DNA of 64,000 nucleotides, taken from positions 310,001 to 374,000 of the forward strand of contig JAJCTO010000011.1 in assembly GCA_046563655.1 (NCBI GenBank). Reading direction: 5' to 3'. Positions within the stretch are counted from its first letter, which is position 1; the number at the start of each line of letters is the position of its first letter. The stretch comes from Yuukianura sp. NJ FZ-2021 (Eukaryota). The position numbers were made by a program, and so were the translations under genes. Below the pieces are notes generated by a model. It did not search any database. It was given only the letters and a program-made list of their open reading frames with translations, and was not told the origin of the DNA. Positions 1-13,400 of the stretch are shown piece by piece.

Positions 1-2561
1 CAATAAACACAATTTTCTTCAGTCAATTTTTTGTTGCACCGTTGAGCAAGCGCCTACAACCACACTCACATATGCAAAATTATGGAGCGACTTTCCTCAT
101 CGTACGGTTGCTGTTGCTTACTCTTACACAGAAGTTACACTGAAAATCCGTGAAAACCGTGCTTTAGAAAAATATATAGTGTAGTTTGCTCCTGAAGTTG
201 TATGGCTGTATGCCGCTATAGAAGCCTACACAACATCTTTGCAATGATTTTGCAGTACATGGTGGATTTCAAAAACCATTTACACGCAACATCTCGTTTC
301 ACACATAGGACACCCAAAATAAATTACCTATTAGAGTCTCTACTTTTCGTTTCGGCAGCGGTTTTGTAAAGCCGCTCCGCTGAACATAAATCAAGAATGC
401 CGGCGTGTTCTCATGATAATCCAGCTTTACATCTAGTGTCGTGTTGTCGCATGAAAACTAGCAGACCTCTCCTTTGGCAGATATTGTTTAGGTGCAATAA
501 ACACAATTTTTTTCAGTCAATTTTTTGTTGCACCGTTGAGCAAGCGCCTACAACCACACTCACATATGCAAAATTATGGAGCGACTTTCCTCATCGTACG
601 GTTGCTGTTGCTTAGTCTTACACAAAAGTTACACTGAAAATCCGTCAAAACCGTGGTTTAGAAAAATATCTAGTGTAGTTTGCTCTTGAAGTTGTATGGC
701 TGTATGCCGCTATAGAAGCCTACACATCATCGTTGCAACGATTTTGCAATACATGGTGGATTTCAAAAACCATTTACACTCAACATCTGGTTTCACGCAT
801 AGGACACCCAAAATAAATTACCTATTAGAGTCTCTACTTTTCGTTTCGGCAGCGGTTTTGTAAAGCCGCTCGGCTGAACATAAATCAAGAATGCCGGCGT
901 GTTCCCATGATAATCCAGCTTTACATCTAGTGTCGTGTTGTCGCCTGAAAACTAGTAGACCTCTCCTTTGGCAGATATTGTTTAGGTGCAATAAACACAA
1001 TTTTCTTCAGTCAGTTTTTTGTTGCACCGTTGAGCAAGCGCCTACAACCACAGTCACATATGCAAAATTATGGAGCGACTTTCCTCATCGTACGGTTGCT
1101 GTTGCTTACTCTTACACAAAAGTTACACTGGAAATCCGGCAAAACCGTGCTTTAGAAAAATATCTAGTGTAGTTTGCTCTTGAAGTTGTATGGCTGTATG
1201 CCGCTATAGAAGCCTACACATCATCGTTGCAACGATTTTGCAATACATGGTGGATTTCAAAAACCATTTACACTCAACATCTCGTTTCACGCATAGGACA
1301 CCCAAAATAAATTACCTATTAGAGTCTCTACTTTTCGTTTCGGCAGCGGTTTTGTAAAGCCGCTCCGCTGAACATAAATCAAGAATGCCGGCGTGTTCTC
1401 ATGATAATCCAGCTTTACATCTAGTGTCGTGTTGTCGCATGAAAACTAGCAGACCTCTCCTTTGGCAGATATTGTTTAGGTGCAATAAACACAATTTTTT
1501 TAGTCAATTTTTTGTTGCACCGTTGAGCAAGCGCCTACAACCACACTCACATATGCAAAATTATGGAGCGACTTTCCTCATCGTACGGTTGCTGTTGCTT
1601 AGTCTTACACAAAAGTTACACTGAAAATCCGTCAAAACCGTGGTTTAGAAAAATATCTAGTGTAGTTTGCTCTTGAAGTTGTATGGCTGTATGCCGCTAT
1701 AGAAGCCTACACATCATCGTTGCAACGATTTTGCAATACATGGTGGATTTCAAAAACCATTTACACTCAACATCTCGTTTCACGCATAGGACACCCAAAA
1801 TAAATTACATATTAGAGTCTCTACTTTTCGTTTCGGCAGCGGTTTTGTAAAGCCGCTCCGCTGAACATAAATCAAGAATGCCGGCGTGTTCCCATGATAA
1901 TCCAGCTTTACATCTAGTGTCGTGTTGTCGCCTGAAAACTAGTAGACCTCTCCTTTGGCAGATATTGTTTAGGTGCAATAAACACAATTTTCTTCAGTCA
2001 GTTTTTTGTTGCACCGTTGAGCAAGCGCCTACAACCACAGTCACATATGCAAAATTATGGAGCGACTTTCCTCATCGTACGGTTGCTGTTGCTTACTCTT
2101 ACACAAAAGTTACACTGGAAATCCGGCAAAACCGTGCTTTAGAAAAATATCTAGTGTAGTTTGCTCTTGAAGTTGTATGGCTGTATGCCGCTATAGAAGC
2201 CTACACATCATCGTTGCAACGATTTTGCAATACATGGTGGATTTCAAAAACCATTTACACTCAACATCTCGTTTCACGCATAGGACACCCAAAATAAATT
2301 ACCTATTAGAGTCTCTACTTTTCGTTTCGGCAGCGGTTTTGTAAAGCCGCTCCGCTGAACATAAATCAAGAATGCCGGCGTGTTCTCATGATAATCCAGC
2401 TTTACATCTAGTGTCGTGTTGTCGCATGAAAACTAGCAGACCTCTCCTTTGGCAGATATTGTTTAGGTGCAATAAACACAATTTTTTTTAGTCAATTTTT
2501 TGTTGCACCGTTGAGCAAGCGCCTACAACCACACTCACATATGCAAAATTAGGGGGCGAGT

Positions 2562-2617
2562 TGGCTCAGTGGTTAAGCCATCAATGCTTTTCCACTGGTC
2601 GACTTGGGTTCGCACCC
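2562..2617 (+). promoter_or_regulatory. RNA polymerase III type-2 internal promoter (A and B boxes) of the SINE head; also present in copies 2 and 3
   Basis: TGGCTCAGTGG fits the A-box consensus. GGTTCGCACCC lies in a T-arm-like hairpin (ctggg-ttcgca-cccag in copies 2 and 3). Confidence 0.75.
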
Positions 2618-2989
2618 AGTCAGCGGGAGAGAAAAAGAAGCCGAGGCCGTGGGTTCTCCCTGTCCCGAAGCAGGGAGGCAAGTGCTGGACTTCTCTTCTC
2701 TCCAGCGGCTGCTGTGTGGACACCCCAAGATAAAGGAGTATATTGGGGGTGCCGCACCTGCAAGCACTGCCTGCTGTGGTTACGGAAGGAGCTGACCTTG
2801 AGTCAGAGGCGTCCGTAATCATAGGTACCAGCGGGTAAGAGCTTCGCAGATTGTGGTGGTTGCCGATTCCTACTCCTTGAACCAGTCCATTAAGCATAGA
2901 TACACATTCAATCTGATTTGACTATCAATTACGGACGACCTCCGTAAGAAATAGCATTGAAGATTACCATAATGTGTATCTACTCATAA

Positions 2990-3775
2990 AGCCCGAATCA
3001 CATTGCAAGCCTTGCGTCGTGCGTCAACTTTAAAGCTGACGCTCAGAATTAAAGCGCGTTGATTTTGACGCAGACCCGAAGGCTATCACACTGCGAGCTC
3101 TGGCGTTAAAAAAAAAGCAGCTTCAAAAAAAACGCACAGATTTTACCTACACCTACTATGACTGATCCTAGGCTATGACTTATATCCTATGAGGAACCTG
3201 CAGAAAAGTATTGGATATGGATGAACAGCTGAGAAGCTGAAGTTAAATGTAATTCTTGGTCAATTTCGATGCTTGACTTTCCGTTTCTTGACTTTCCCAT
3301 TAAAGTCAAGGTTCTTCATCCATTTTTCCATAAACACATAACCTTTTTAGATAATTAAATAATTAAATTAAAATAACAAGTCCGGCGCCGTAAGTTTTAA
3401 CAATATTTTGTTTCAGTAATGCAAAATGGACATTACCTGACTTGAAACTGAAGTTAAACCGTGTCATTTTTGGTTAAAGTTCAAATTACAGATGGTAAAC
3501 AATTAAAAGAAACAGGCGATTCGATTTTGACGCGAAGAAAAGTTGAACCAAGTTCAACTTCTCATCGCGTCAACTTTTCTTGACGCGACGTCAGTTTTGA
3601 ATCGGAAGGAGGCAGTGTGATAGCTCCCCGATTTTGAGGTCGCGTTGAGTTTGAAGCTGAGAAAAAACGCGCGTCAACTCAACGCAGCCTCAAATGCAAT
3701 GTGATAGCCTTTTTCTCGCGTTGGATTCAAATCCAACGCAAAAAGTTGAGGTGCGTCGGCAATGTGATACGGCCT
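2990..3775. mobile_element. Non-autonomous PIF/Harbinger-type MITE (786 bp) nested in SINE copy 1
   Basis: Absent from SINE copies 2 and 3. Imperfect 17-bp TIRs AGCCCGAATCACATTGC / GCAATGTGATACGGCCT (15/17). 3-bp TSD TAA at 2987-2989 and 3776-3778. No ORF. Confidence 0.85.
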
Positions 3776-4401
3776 TAAAGGACAAAAAATAACGCTGTTT
3801 CAAAAGGGGTAGACTGAAAAATACCATAAGCGTATGCTCAGCGTGGGTCAGTCACCTAATTATAGGTGACTGCTCCCCCCAATAAACATATATATATGCA
3901 AAATTATGGAGCGACTTTCCTCATCGTACGGTTGCTGTTGCTTACTCTTACACAAAAGTTACACTGGAAATCCGGCAAAACCGTGCTTTAGAAAAATATA
4001 TAGTGTAGTTTGCTCTTGAAGTTGTATGGCTGTATGCCGCTATAGAAGCCTACACATCATCGTTGCAATGATTTTGCAGTACATGGTGGATTTCAAAAAC
4101 CATTTACACTCAACATCTCGTTTCACGTATAGGACACCCAAAATAAATTACCTATTAGAGTCTCTACTTTTCGTTTCGGCAGCGGGTTTGTAAAGCCGCT
4201 CGGCTGAACATAAATCAAGAATGCCGGCGTGTTCCCATGATAATCCAGCTTTACATCTAGTGTCGTGTTGTCGCCTGAAAACTAGTAGACCTCTCCTTTG
4301 GCAGATATTGTTTAGGTGCAATAAACACAATTTTCTTCAGTAAAACTTTTTGTTGCACCGTTGAGCAAGCGCCTACAACCACACTCACATATGCAAAATT
4401 A

Positions 4402-4957
4402 GGGGCGAGTTGGCTCAGTGGTTAAGCCATCAATGCTTTTCCACTGGCCGACCTGGGTTCGCACCCAGTCAGCGGGAGAGAAAAAAAAAGAAGTCGAGGC
4501 CGTGGGACCTCCCTGTCCCGAAGCAGGGAGGCAAGTGCTGGACTTCTCTTCTCTCCAGCGGCTGCTGTGTGGACACCCCAAGATAATGGAGTATATTGGG
4601 GGTGCCGCATCTGCAAGCACTGCCTGCTGTGGTTACGGAAGGAGCTGACCTTGAGTCAGAGGCGTCCGTAATCATAGGTACCAGCGGGTAAGAGCTTCGC
4701 AGATTGTGGTGGTTGACGATTCCTACTCCTTGAACCAGTCCATTAAGCATAGATACACATTCAATCTGATTTGACTATCAATTACGGACGACCTCCGTAA
4801 GAAATAGCATTGAAGATTACCATAATGTGTATCTACTCATAGAGGACAAAAAATAACGCTGTTTCAAAAGGGGTAGACTGAAATATACCATAAGCGTATG
4901 CTCAGCGTGGGTCAGTCACCTAATTATAGGTGACTGCAAGCCCCAATAAACATATAT
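4402..4957 (+). mobile_element. tRNA-derived SINE copy 2 (556 bp)
   Basis: Same head, body and tail as copy 1 without the MITE. TSD ATATGCAAAATTA at 4389-4401 and 4958-4970. Confidence 0.9.
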
Positions 4958-7900
4958 ATATGCAAAATTATGGAGCGACTTTCCTCATCGTACGGTTGCT
5001 GTTGCTTACTCTTACACAAAAGTTACACTGGAAATCCGGCAAAACCGTGCTTTAGAAAAATATATAGTGTAGTTTGCTCTTGAAGTTGTATGGCTGTATG
5101 CCGCTATAGAAGCCTACACATCATCGTTGCAATGATTTTGCAATACATGGTGGATTTCAAAAACCATTTACACTCAACATCTCGTTTCACGTATAGGACA
5201 CCCAAAATAAATTACCTATTAGAGTCTCTACTTTTCGTTTCGGCAGCGGTTTTGTAAAGCCGCTCGGCTGAACATAAATCAAGAATGCCGGCGTGTTCCC
5301 ATGATAATCCAGCTTTACATCTAGTGTCGTGTTGTCGCCTGAAAACTAGTAGACCTATCCTTTGGCAGATATTGTTTAGGTGCAATAAACACAATTTTCT
5401 TCAGTCAATTTTTTGGTGCACCGTTGAGCAAGCGCCTACAACCACACTCACATATGCAAAATCATGGAGCGACTTTCCTCATCGTACGGTTGCTGTTGCT
5501 TACTCTTACACAAAAGTTACAGTGAAAATCCGTCAAAACCGTGGTTTAGAAAAATATTTAGTGTAGTTTGCTCTTGAAGTTGTATAGCTGTATGCCGCTA
5601 TAGAAGCCTACACATCATCTTTGCAATGATTTTGCAATACATGGTGGATTTCAAAAACCATTTACACTCAACATCTCGTTTTACGCATAGGACACCCAAA
5701 ATAAGTTACACTATTAGAGTCTCTACTTTTCGTTTAGGCAGCGGTTTTGTAAAGCCGCTCGGCTGAACATAAATCAAGAATGCCGGCGTGTTCCCATGAT
5801 AATCCAGCTTTACATCTAGTGTCGTGTTGTCGCCTGAAAACTAGTAGACCTATCCTTTGGCAGATATTGTTTAGGTGCAATAAACACAATTTTCTTCAGT
5901 CAATTTTTTGGTGCACCGTTGAGCAAGCGCCTACAACCACACTCACATATGCAAAATCATGGAGCGACTTTCCTCATCGTACGGTTGCTGTTGCTTACTC
6001 TTACACAAAAGTTACAGTGAAAATCCGTCAAAACCGTGGTTTAGAAAAATATTTAGTGTAGTTTGCTCTTGAAGTTGTATAGCTGTATGCCGCTATAGAA
6101 GCCTACACATCATCTTTGCAATGATTTTGCAATACATGGTGGATTTCAAAAACCATTTACACTCAACATCTCGTTTTACGCATAGGACACCCAAAATAAG
6201 TTACACTATTAGAGTCTCTACTTTTCGTTTAGGCAGCGGTTTTGTAAAGCCGCTCGGCTGAACATAAATCAAGAATGCCGGCGTGTTCCCATGATAATCC
6301 AGCTTTACATCTAGTGTCGTGTTGTCGCCTGAAAACTAGTAGACCTCTCCTTTGGCAGATAATTGTTTAGGTGCAATAAACACAATTTTCTTCAGTAAAA
6401 CTTTTTGTTGCACCGTTGAGCAAGCGCCTACAACCACACTCACATATGCAAAATTATGGAGCGACTTTCCTCATCGTACGGTTGCTGTTGCTTACTCTTA
6501 CACAAAAGTTACAGTGAAAATCCGTCAAAACCGTGGTTTAGAAAAATATTTAGTGTAGTTTGCTCTTGAAGTTGTATAGCTGTATGCCGCTATAGAAGCC
6601 TACACATCATCTTTGCAATGATTTTGCAATACATGGTGGATTTCAAAAACCATTTACACTCAACATCTCGTTTTACGCATAGGACACCCAAAATAAGTTA
6701 CACTATTAGAGTCTCTACTTTTCGTTTAGGCAGCGGTTTTGTAAAGCCGCTCGGCTGAACATAAATCAAGAATGCCGGCGTGTTCCCATGATAATCCAGC
6801 TTTACATCTAGTGTCGTGTTGTCGCCTGAAAACTAGTAGACCTCTCCTTTGGCAGATAATTGTTTAGGTGCAATAAACACAATTTTCTTCAGTAAAACTT
6901 TTTGTTGCACCGTTGAGCAAGCGCCTACAACCACACTCACATATGCAAAATTATGGAGCGACTTTCCTCATCGTACGGTTGCTGTTGCTTACTCTTACAC
7001 AAAAGTTACACTGAAAATCCGTCAAAATCGTGCTTTAGAAAAATATCTAGTGTAGTTTGCTCTTGAAGTTGTATGGCTGTATGCCGCTATCGAAGCCTAC
7101 ACATCATCGTTGCAATGATTTTGCAATACATGGTGGATTTCAAAAACCATTTACACTCAACATCTCGTTTCACGTATAGGACACCCAAAATAAATTACCT
7201 ATTAGAGTCTCTACTTTTCGTTTCGGCAGCGGTTTTGTAAAGCCGCTCGGCTGAACTTAAATCAAGAATGCCGGCGTGTTCCCATGATAATCCAGCTTTA
7301 CATCTAGTGTCGTGAAAACTAGTAGACCTCTCCTTTGGCAGATATTGTTTAGGTGCAATAAACACAATTTTCTTCAGTAAAACTTTTTGTTGCACCGTTG
7401 AGCAAGCGCCTACAACCACACTCACATATGCAAAATTATGGAGCGACTTTCCTCATTGTACGGTTGCTGTTGCTTACTCTTACACAAAAGTTACACTGGA
7501 AATCCGGCAAAACCGTGCTTCAGAAAAATATATATTGTAGTTTGCTCTTGAAGTTGTATGGTTGTATGCCGCTATAGAAGCCTACACATCATCTTTGCAA
7601 TGATTTTGCAATACATGGTGGATTTCAAAAACAATTTACACTCAACATCTCGTTTTACGCATAGGAAACCCAAAATAAGTTACACTATTAGAGTCTCTAC
7701 TTTTCGTTTAGGCAGCGGTTTTGTAAAGCCGCTCGGCTGAACATAAATCGAGAATGCCGGCGTGTTCCCATGATAATCCAGCTTTACATCTAGTGTCGTG
7801 TTGTCGCCTGAAAACTAGTAGACCTCTCCTTTGGCAGATAATTGTTTAGGTGCAATAAACACAATTTTCTTCAGTAAAACTTTTTGTTGCACCGTTGAGC

Positions 7901-9918
7901 AAGCGCCTACAACTACACTCACATATGCAAAATTATGGAGCGACTTTCCTCATCGTACGGTTGCTGTTGCTTACTCTTACACAAAAGTTACACTGAAAAT
8001 CCGTCAAAATCGTGCTTTAGAAAAATATCTAGTGTAGTTTGCTCTTGAAGTTGTATGGCTGTATGCCGCTATCGAAGCCTACACATCATCGTTGCAATGA
8101 TTTTGCAATACATGGTGGATTTCAAAAACCATTTACACTCAACATCTCGTTTCACGCTTAGGACACCCAAAATAAATTACACTATTAGAGTCTCTACTTT
8201 TCGTTTAGGCAGCGGTTTTGTAAAGCCGCTCGGCTGAACATAAATCAAGAATGCCGGCGTGTTCCCATGATAATCCAGCTTTACATCTAGTGTCGTGTTG
8301 TCGCCTGAAAACTAGTAAACCTCTCCTTTGGCACATAATTGTTTAGGTGCAATAAACACAATTTTCTTCAGTAAACCTTTTTGTTGCACCGTTGAGCAAG
8401 CGCCTACAACCACACTCACATATGCAAAATTATGGAGCGACTTTCCTCATCGTACGGTTGCTGTTGCTTACTCTTACACAAAAGTTACACTGAAAATCCG
8501 TCAAAATCGTGCTTTAGAAAAATATCTAGTGTAGTTTGCTCTTGAAGTTGTATGGCTGTATGCCGCTATCGAAGCCTACACATCATCTTTGCAATGATTT
8601 TGCAATACATGGTGGATTTCAAAAACCATTTACACTCAACATCTCGTTTCACGCTTAGGACACCCAAAATAAATTACACTATTAGAGTCTCTACTTTTCG
8701 TTTAGGCAGCGGTTTTGTAAAGCCGCTCGGCTGAACATAAATCAAGAATGCCGGCGTGTTCCCATGATAATCCAGCTTTACATCTAGTGTCGTGTTGTCG
8801 CCTGAAAACTAGTAAACCTCTCCTTTGGCAGATAATTGTTTAGGTGCAATAAACACAATTTTCTTCAGTAAACCTTTTTGTTGCACCGTTGAGCAAGCGC
8901 CTACAACCACACTCACATATGCAAAATTATGGAGCGACTTTCCTCATCGTACGGTTGCTGTTGCTTACTCTTACACAAAAGTTACACTGAAAATCCGTCA
9001 AAATCGTGCTTTAGAAAAATATCTAGTGTAGTTTGCTCTTGAAGTTGTATGGCTGTATGCCGCTATAGAAGCCTACACATCATGGTTGCAATGATTTTGC
9101 AATACATGGTGGATTTCAAAAACCATTTACACTCAACATCTCGTTTCACGCATAGGACACCCAAAATAAATTACCTATTAGAGTCTCTACTTTTCGTTTC
9201 GGCAGCGGGTTTGTAAAGCCGCTCGGCTGAACATAAATCAAGAATGCCGGCGTGTTCCCATGATAATCCAGCTTTACATCTAGTGTCGTGTTGTCGCCTG
9301 AAAACTAGTAGACCTCTCCTTTGGCAGATATTGTTTAGGTGCAATAAACACAATTTTCTTCAGTCAATTTTTTGTTGCACCGTTGAGCAAGCGCCTACAA
9401 CCACACTCACATATGCAAAATTATGGAGCGACTTTCCTCATCGTACGGTTGCTGTTGCTTACTCTTACACAAAAGTTACACTGGAAATCCGGCAAAACCG
9501 TGCTTTAGAAAAATATATAGTGTAGTTTGCTCTTGAAGTTGTATGGCTGTATGCCGCTATAGAAGCCTACACATCATCGTTGCAATGATTTTGCAGTACA
9601 TGGTGGATTTCAAAAACCATTTACACTCAACATCTCGTTTCACGTATAGGACACCCAAAATAAATTACCTATTAGAGTCTCTACTTTTCGTTTCGGCAGC
9701 GGGTTTGTAAAGCCGCTCGGCTGAACATAAATCAAGAATGCCGGCGTGTTCCCATGATAATCCAGCTTTACATCTAGTGTCGTGTTGTCGCCTGAAAACT
9801 AGTAGACCTCTCCTTTGGCAGATATTGTTTAGGTGCAATAAACACAATTTTCTTCAGTAAAACTTTTTGTTGCACCGTTGAGCAAGCGCCTACAACCACA
9901 CTCACATATGCAAAATTA

Positions 9919-10475
9919 GGGGGCGAGTTGGCTCAGTGGTTAAGCCATCAATGCTTTTCCACTGGCCGACCTGGGTTCGCACCCAGTCAGCGGGAGAGAA
10001 AAAAAAAGAAGTCGAGGCCGTGGGTCCTCCCTGTCCCGAAGCAGGGAGGCAAGTGCTGGACTTCTCTTCTCTCCAGCGGCTGCTGTGTGGACACCCCAAG
10101 ATAATGGAGTATATTGGGGGTGCCGCATCTGCAAGCACTGCCTGCTGTGGTTACGGAAGGAGCTGACCTTGAGTCAGAGGCGTCCGTAATCATAGGTACC
10201 AGCGGGTAAGAGCTTCGCAGATTGTGGTGGTTGACGATTCCTACTCCTTGAACCAGTCCATTAAGCATAGATACACATTCAATCTGATTTGACTATCAAT
10301 TACGGACGACCTCCGTAAGAAATAGCATTGAAGATTACCATAATGTGTATCTACTCATAGAGGACAAAAAATAACGCTGTTTCAAAAGGGGTAGACTGAA
10401 ATATACCATAAGCGTATGCTCAGCGTGGGTCAGTCACCTAATTATAGGTGACTGCTCCCCCCAATAAACATATAT
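9919..10475 (+). mobile_element. tRNA-derived SINE copy 3 (557 bp)
   Basis: Near-identical to copy 2. TSD ATATGCAAAATTA at 9906-9918 and 10476-10488. Lies 5,517 bp from copy 2 within a duplicated satellite block. Confidence 0.9.
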
Positions 10476-13400
10476 ATATGCAAAATTATGGAGCGACTTT
10501 CCTCATCGTACGGTTGCTGTTGCTTACTCTTACACAAAAGTTACACTGGAAATCCGGCAAAACCGTGCTTTAGAAAAATATATAGTGTAGTTTGCTCTTG
10601 AAGTTGTATGGCTGTATGCCGCTATAGAAGCGTACACATCATCGTTGCAATGATTTTGCAATACATGGTGGATTTCAAAAACCATTTACACTCAACATCT
10701 CGTTTCACGTATAGGACACCCAAAATAAATTACCTATTAGAGTCTCTACTTTTCGTTTCGGCAGCGGTTTTGTAAAGCCGCTCGGCTGAACATAAATCAA
10801 GAATGCCGGCGTGTTCCCATGATAATCCAGCTTTACATCTAGTGTCGTGTTGTCGCCTGAAAACTAGTAGACCTATCCTTTGGCAGATATTGTTTAGGTG
10901 CAATAAACACAATTTTCTTCAGTCAATTTTTTGTTGCACCGTTGAGCAAGCGCCTACAACCACACTCACATATGCAAAATCATGGAGCGACTTTCCTCAT
11001 CGTACGGTTGCTGTTGCTTACTCTTACACAAAAGTTACAGTGAAAATCCGTCAAAACCGTGGTTTAGAAAAATATTTAGTGTAGTTTGCTCTTGAAGTTG
11101 TATAGCTGTATGCCGCTATAGAAGCCTACACATCATCTTTGCAATGATTTTGCAATACATGGTGGATTTCAAAAACCATTTACACTCAACATCTCGTTTT
11201 ACGCATAGGACACCCAAAATAAGTTACACTATTAGAGTCTCTACTTTTCGTTTAGGCAGCGGTTTTGTAAAGCCGCTCGGCTGAACATAAATCAAGAATG
11301 CCGGCGTGTTCCCATGATAATCCAGCTTTACATCTAGTGTCGTGTTGTCGCCTGAAAACTAGTAGACCTCTCCTTTGGCAGATAATTGTTTAGGTGCAAT
11401 AAACACAATTTTCTTCAGTAAAACTTTTTGTTGCACCGTTGAGCAAGCGCCTACAACCACACTCACATATGCAAAATTATGGAGCGACTTTCCTCATCGT
11501 ACGGTTGCTGTTGCTTACTCTTACACAAAAGTTACACTGAAAATCCGTCAAAATCGTGCTTTAGAAAAATATCTAGTGTAGTTTGCTCTTGAAGTTGTAT
11601 GGCTGTATGCCGCTATCGAAGCCTACACATCATCGTTGCAATGATTTTGCAATACATGGTGGATTTCAAAAACCATTTACACTCAACATCTCGTTTCACG
11701 TATAGGACACCCAAAATAAATTACCTATTAGAGTCTCTACTTTTCGTTTCGGCAGCGGTTTTGTAAAGCCGCTCGGCTGAACTTAAATCAAGAATGCCGG
11801 CGTGTTCCCATGATAATCCAGCTTTACATCTAGTGTCGTGAAAACTAGTAGACCTCTCCTTTGGCAGATATTGTTTAGGTGCAATAAACACAATTTTCTT
11901 CAGTAAAACTTTTTGTTGCGCCGTTGAGCAAGCGCCTACAACCACACTCACATATGCAAAATTATGGAGCGACTTTCCTCATTGTACGGTTGCTGTTGCT
12001 TACTCTTACACAAAAGTTACACTGGAAATCCGGCAAAACCGTGCTTCAGAAAAATATATATTGTAGTTTGCTCTTGAAGTTGTATGGCTGTATGCCGCTA
12101 TAGAAGCCTACACATCATCTTTGCAATGATTTTGCAATACATGGTGGATTTCAAAAACAATTTACACTCAACATCTCGTTTTACGCATAGGAAACCCAAA
12201 ATAAGTTACACTATTAGAGTCTCTACTTTTCGTTTAGGCAGCGGTTTTGTAAAGCCGCTCGGCTGAACATAAATCGAGAATGCCGGCGTGTTCCCATGAT
12301 AATCCAGCTTTACATCTAGTGTCGTGTTGTCGCCTGAAAACTAGTAGACCTCTCCTTTGGCAGATAATTGTTTAGGTGCAATAAACACAATTTTCTTCAG
12401 TAAAACTTTTTGTTGCACCGTTGAGCAAGCGCCTACAACCACACTCACATATGCAAAATTATGGAGCGACTTTCCTCATCGTACGGTTGCTGTTGCTTAC
12501 TCTTACACAAAAGTTACACTGAAAATCCGTCAAAATCGTGCTTTAGAAAATTATCTAGTGTAGTTTGCTCTTGAAGTTGTATGGCTGTATGCCGCTATCG
12601 AAGCCTACACATCATCGTTGCAATGATTTTGCAATACATGGTGGATTTCAAAAACCATTTACACTCAACATCTCGTTTCACGCTTAGGACACCCAAAATA
12701 AATTACACTATTAGAGGCTCTACTTTTCGTTTAGGCAGCGGTTTTGTAAAGCCGCTCGGCTGAACATAAATCAAGAATGCCGGCGTGTTCCCATGATAAT
12801 CCAGCTTTACATCTAGTGTCGTGTTGTCGCCTGAAAACTAGTAAACCTCTCCTTTGGCAGATAATTGTTTAGGTGCAAAAACACAATTTTCTTCAGTAAA
12901 CCTTTTTGTTGCACCGTTGAGCAAGCGCCTACAACCACACTCACATATGCAAAATTATGGAGCGACTTTCCTCATCGTACGGTTGCTGTTGCTTACTCTT
13001 ACACAAAAGTTACACTGAAAATCCGTCAAAATCGTGCTTTAGAAAAATATCTAGTGTAGTTTGCTCTTGAAGTTGTATGGCTGTATGCCGCTATAGAAGC
13101 CTACACATCATGGTTGCAATGATTTTGCAATACATGGTGGATTTCAAAAACCATTTACACTCAACATCTCGTTTCACGCATAGGACACCCAAAATAAATT
13201 ACCTATTAGAGTCTCTACTTTTCGTTTCGGCAGCGGTTTTGTAAAGCCGCTCCGCTGAACATAAATCAAGAATGCCGGCGTGTTCCCATGATAATCCAGC
13301 TTTACATCTAGTGTCGTGTTGTCGCCTGAAAACTAGTAGACCTCTCCTTTGGCAGATATTGTTTAGGTGCAATAAACACAATTTTCTTCAGTCAATTTTT

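Larger units (their letters stand above)
2552..3893 (+). mobile_element. tRNA-derived SINE copy 1 (~553 bp excluding the nested MITE)
   Basis: Starts GGGGGCGAG; A box TGGCTCAGTGG (2562-2572); B-box-like GGTTCGCACCC (2607-2617); 3' stem-loop CAGTCACCTA-atta-TAGGTGACTG (3849-3872); AATAAAC(AT)n tail; TSD ATATGCAAAATTA at 2539-2551 and 3894-3906. Confidence 0.9.

Noticed and set aside
2552..2630. Possible functional tRNA gene at the SINE head
   Set aside because: It has A and B boxes and a T-arm-like hairpin but no convincing cloverleaf or anticodon arm, and it continues into a 550-bp TSD-flanked element.
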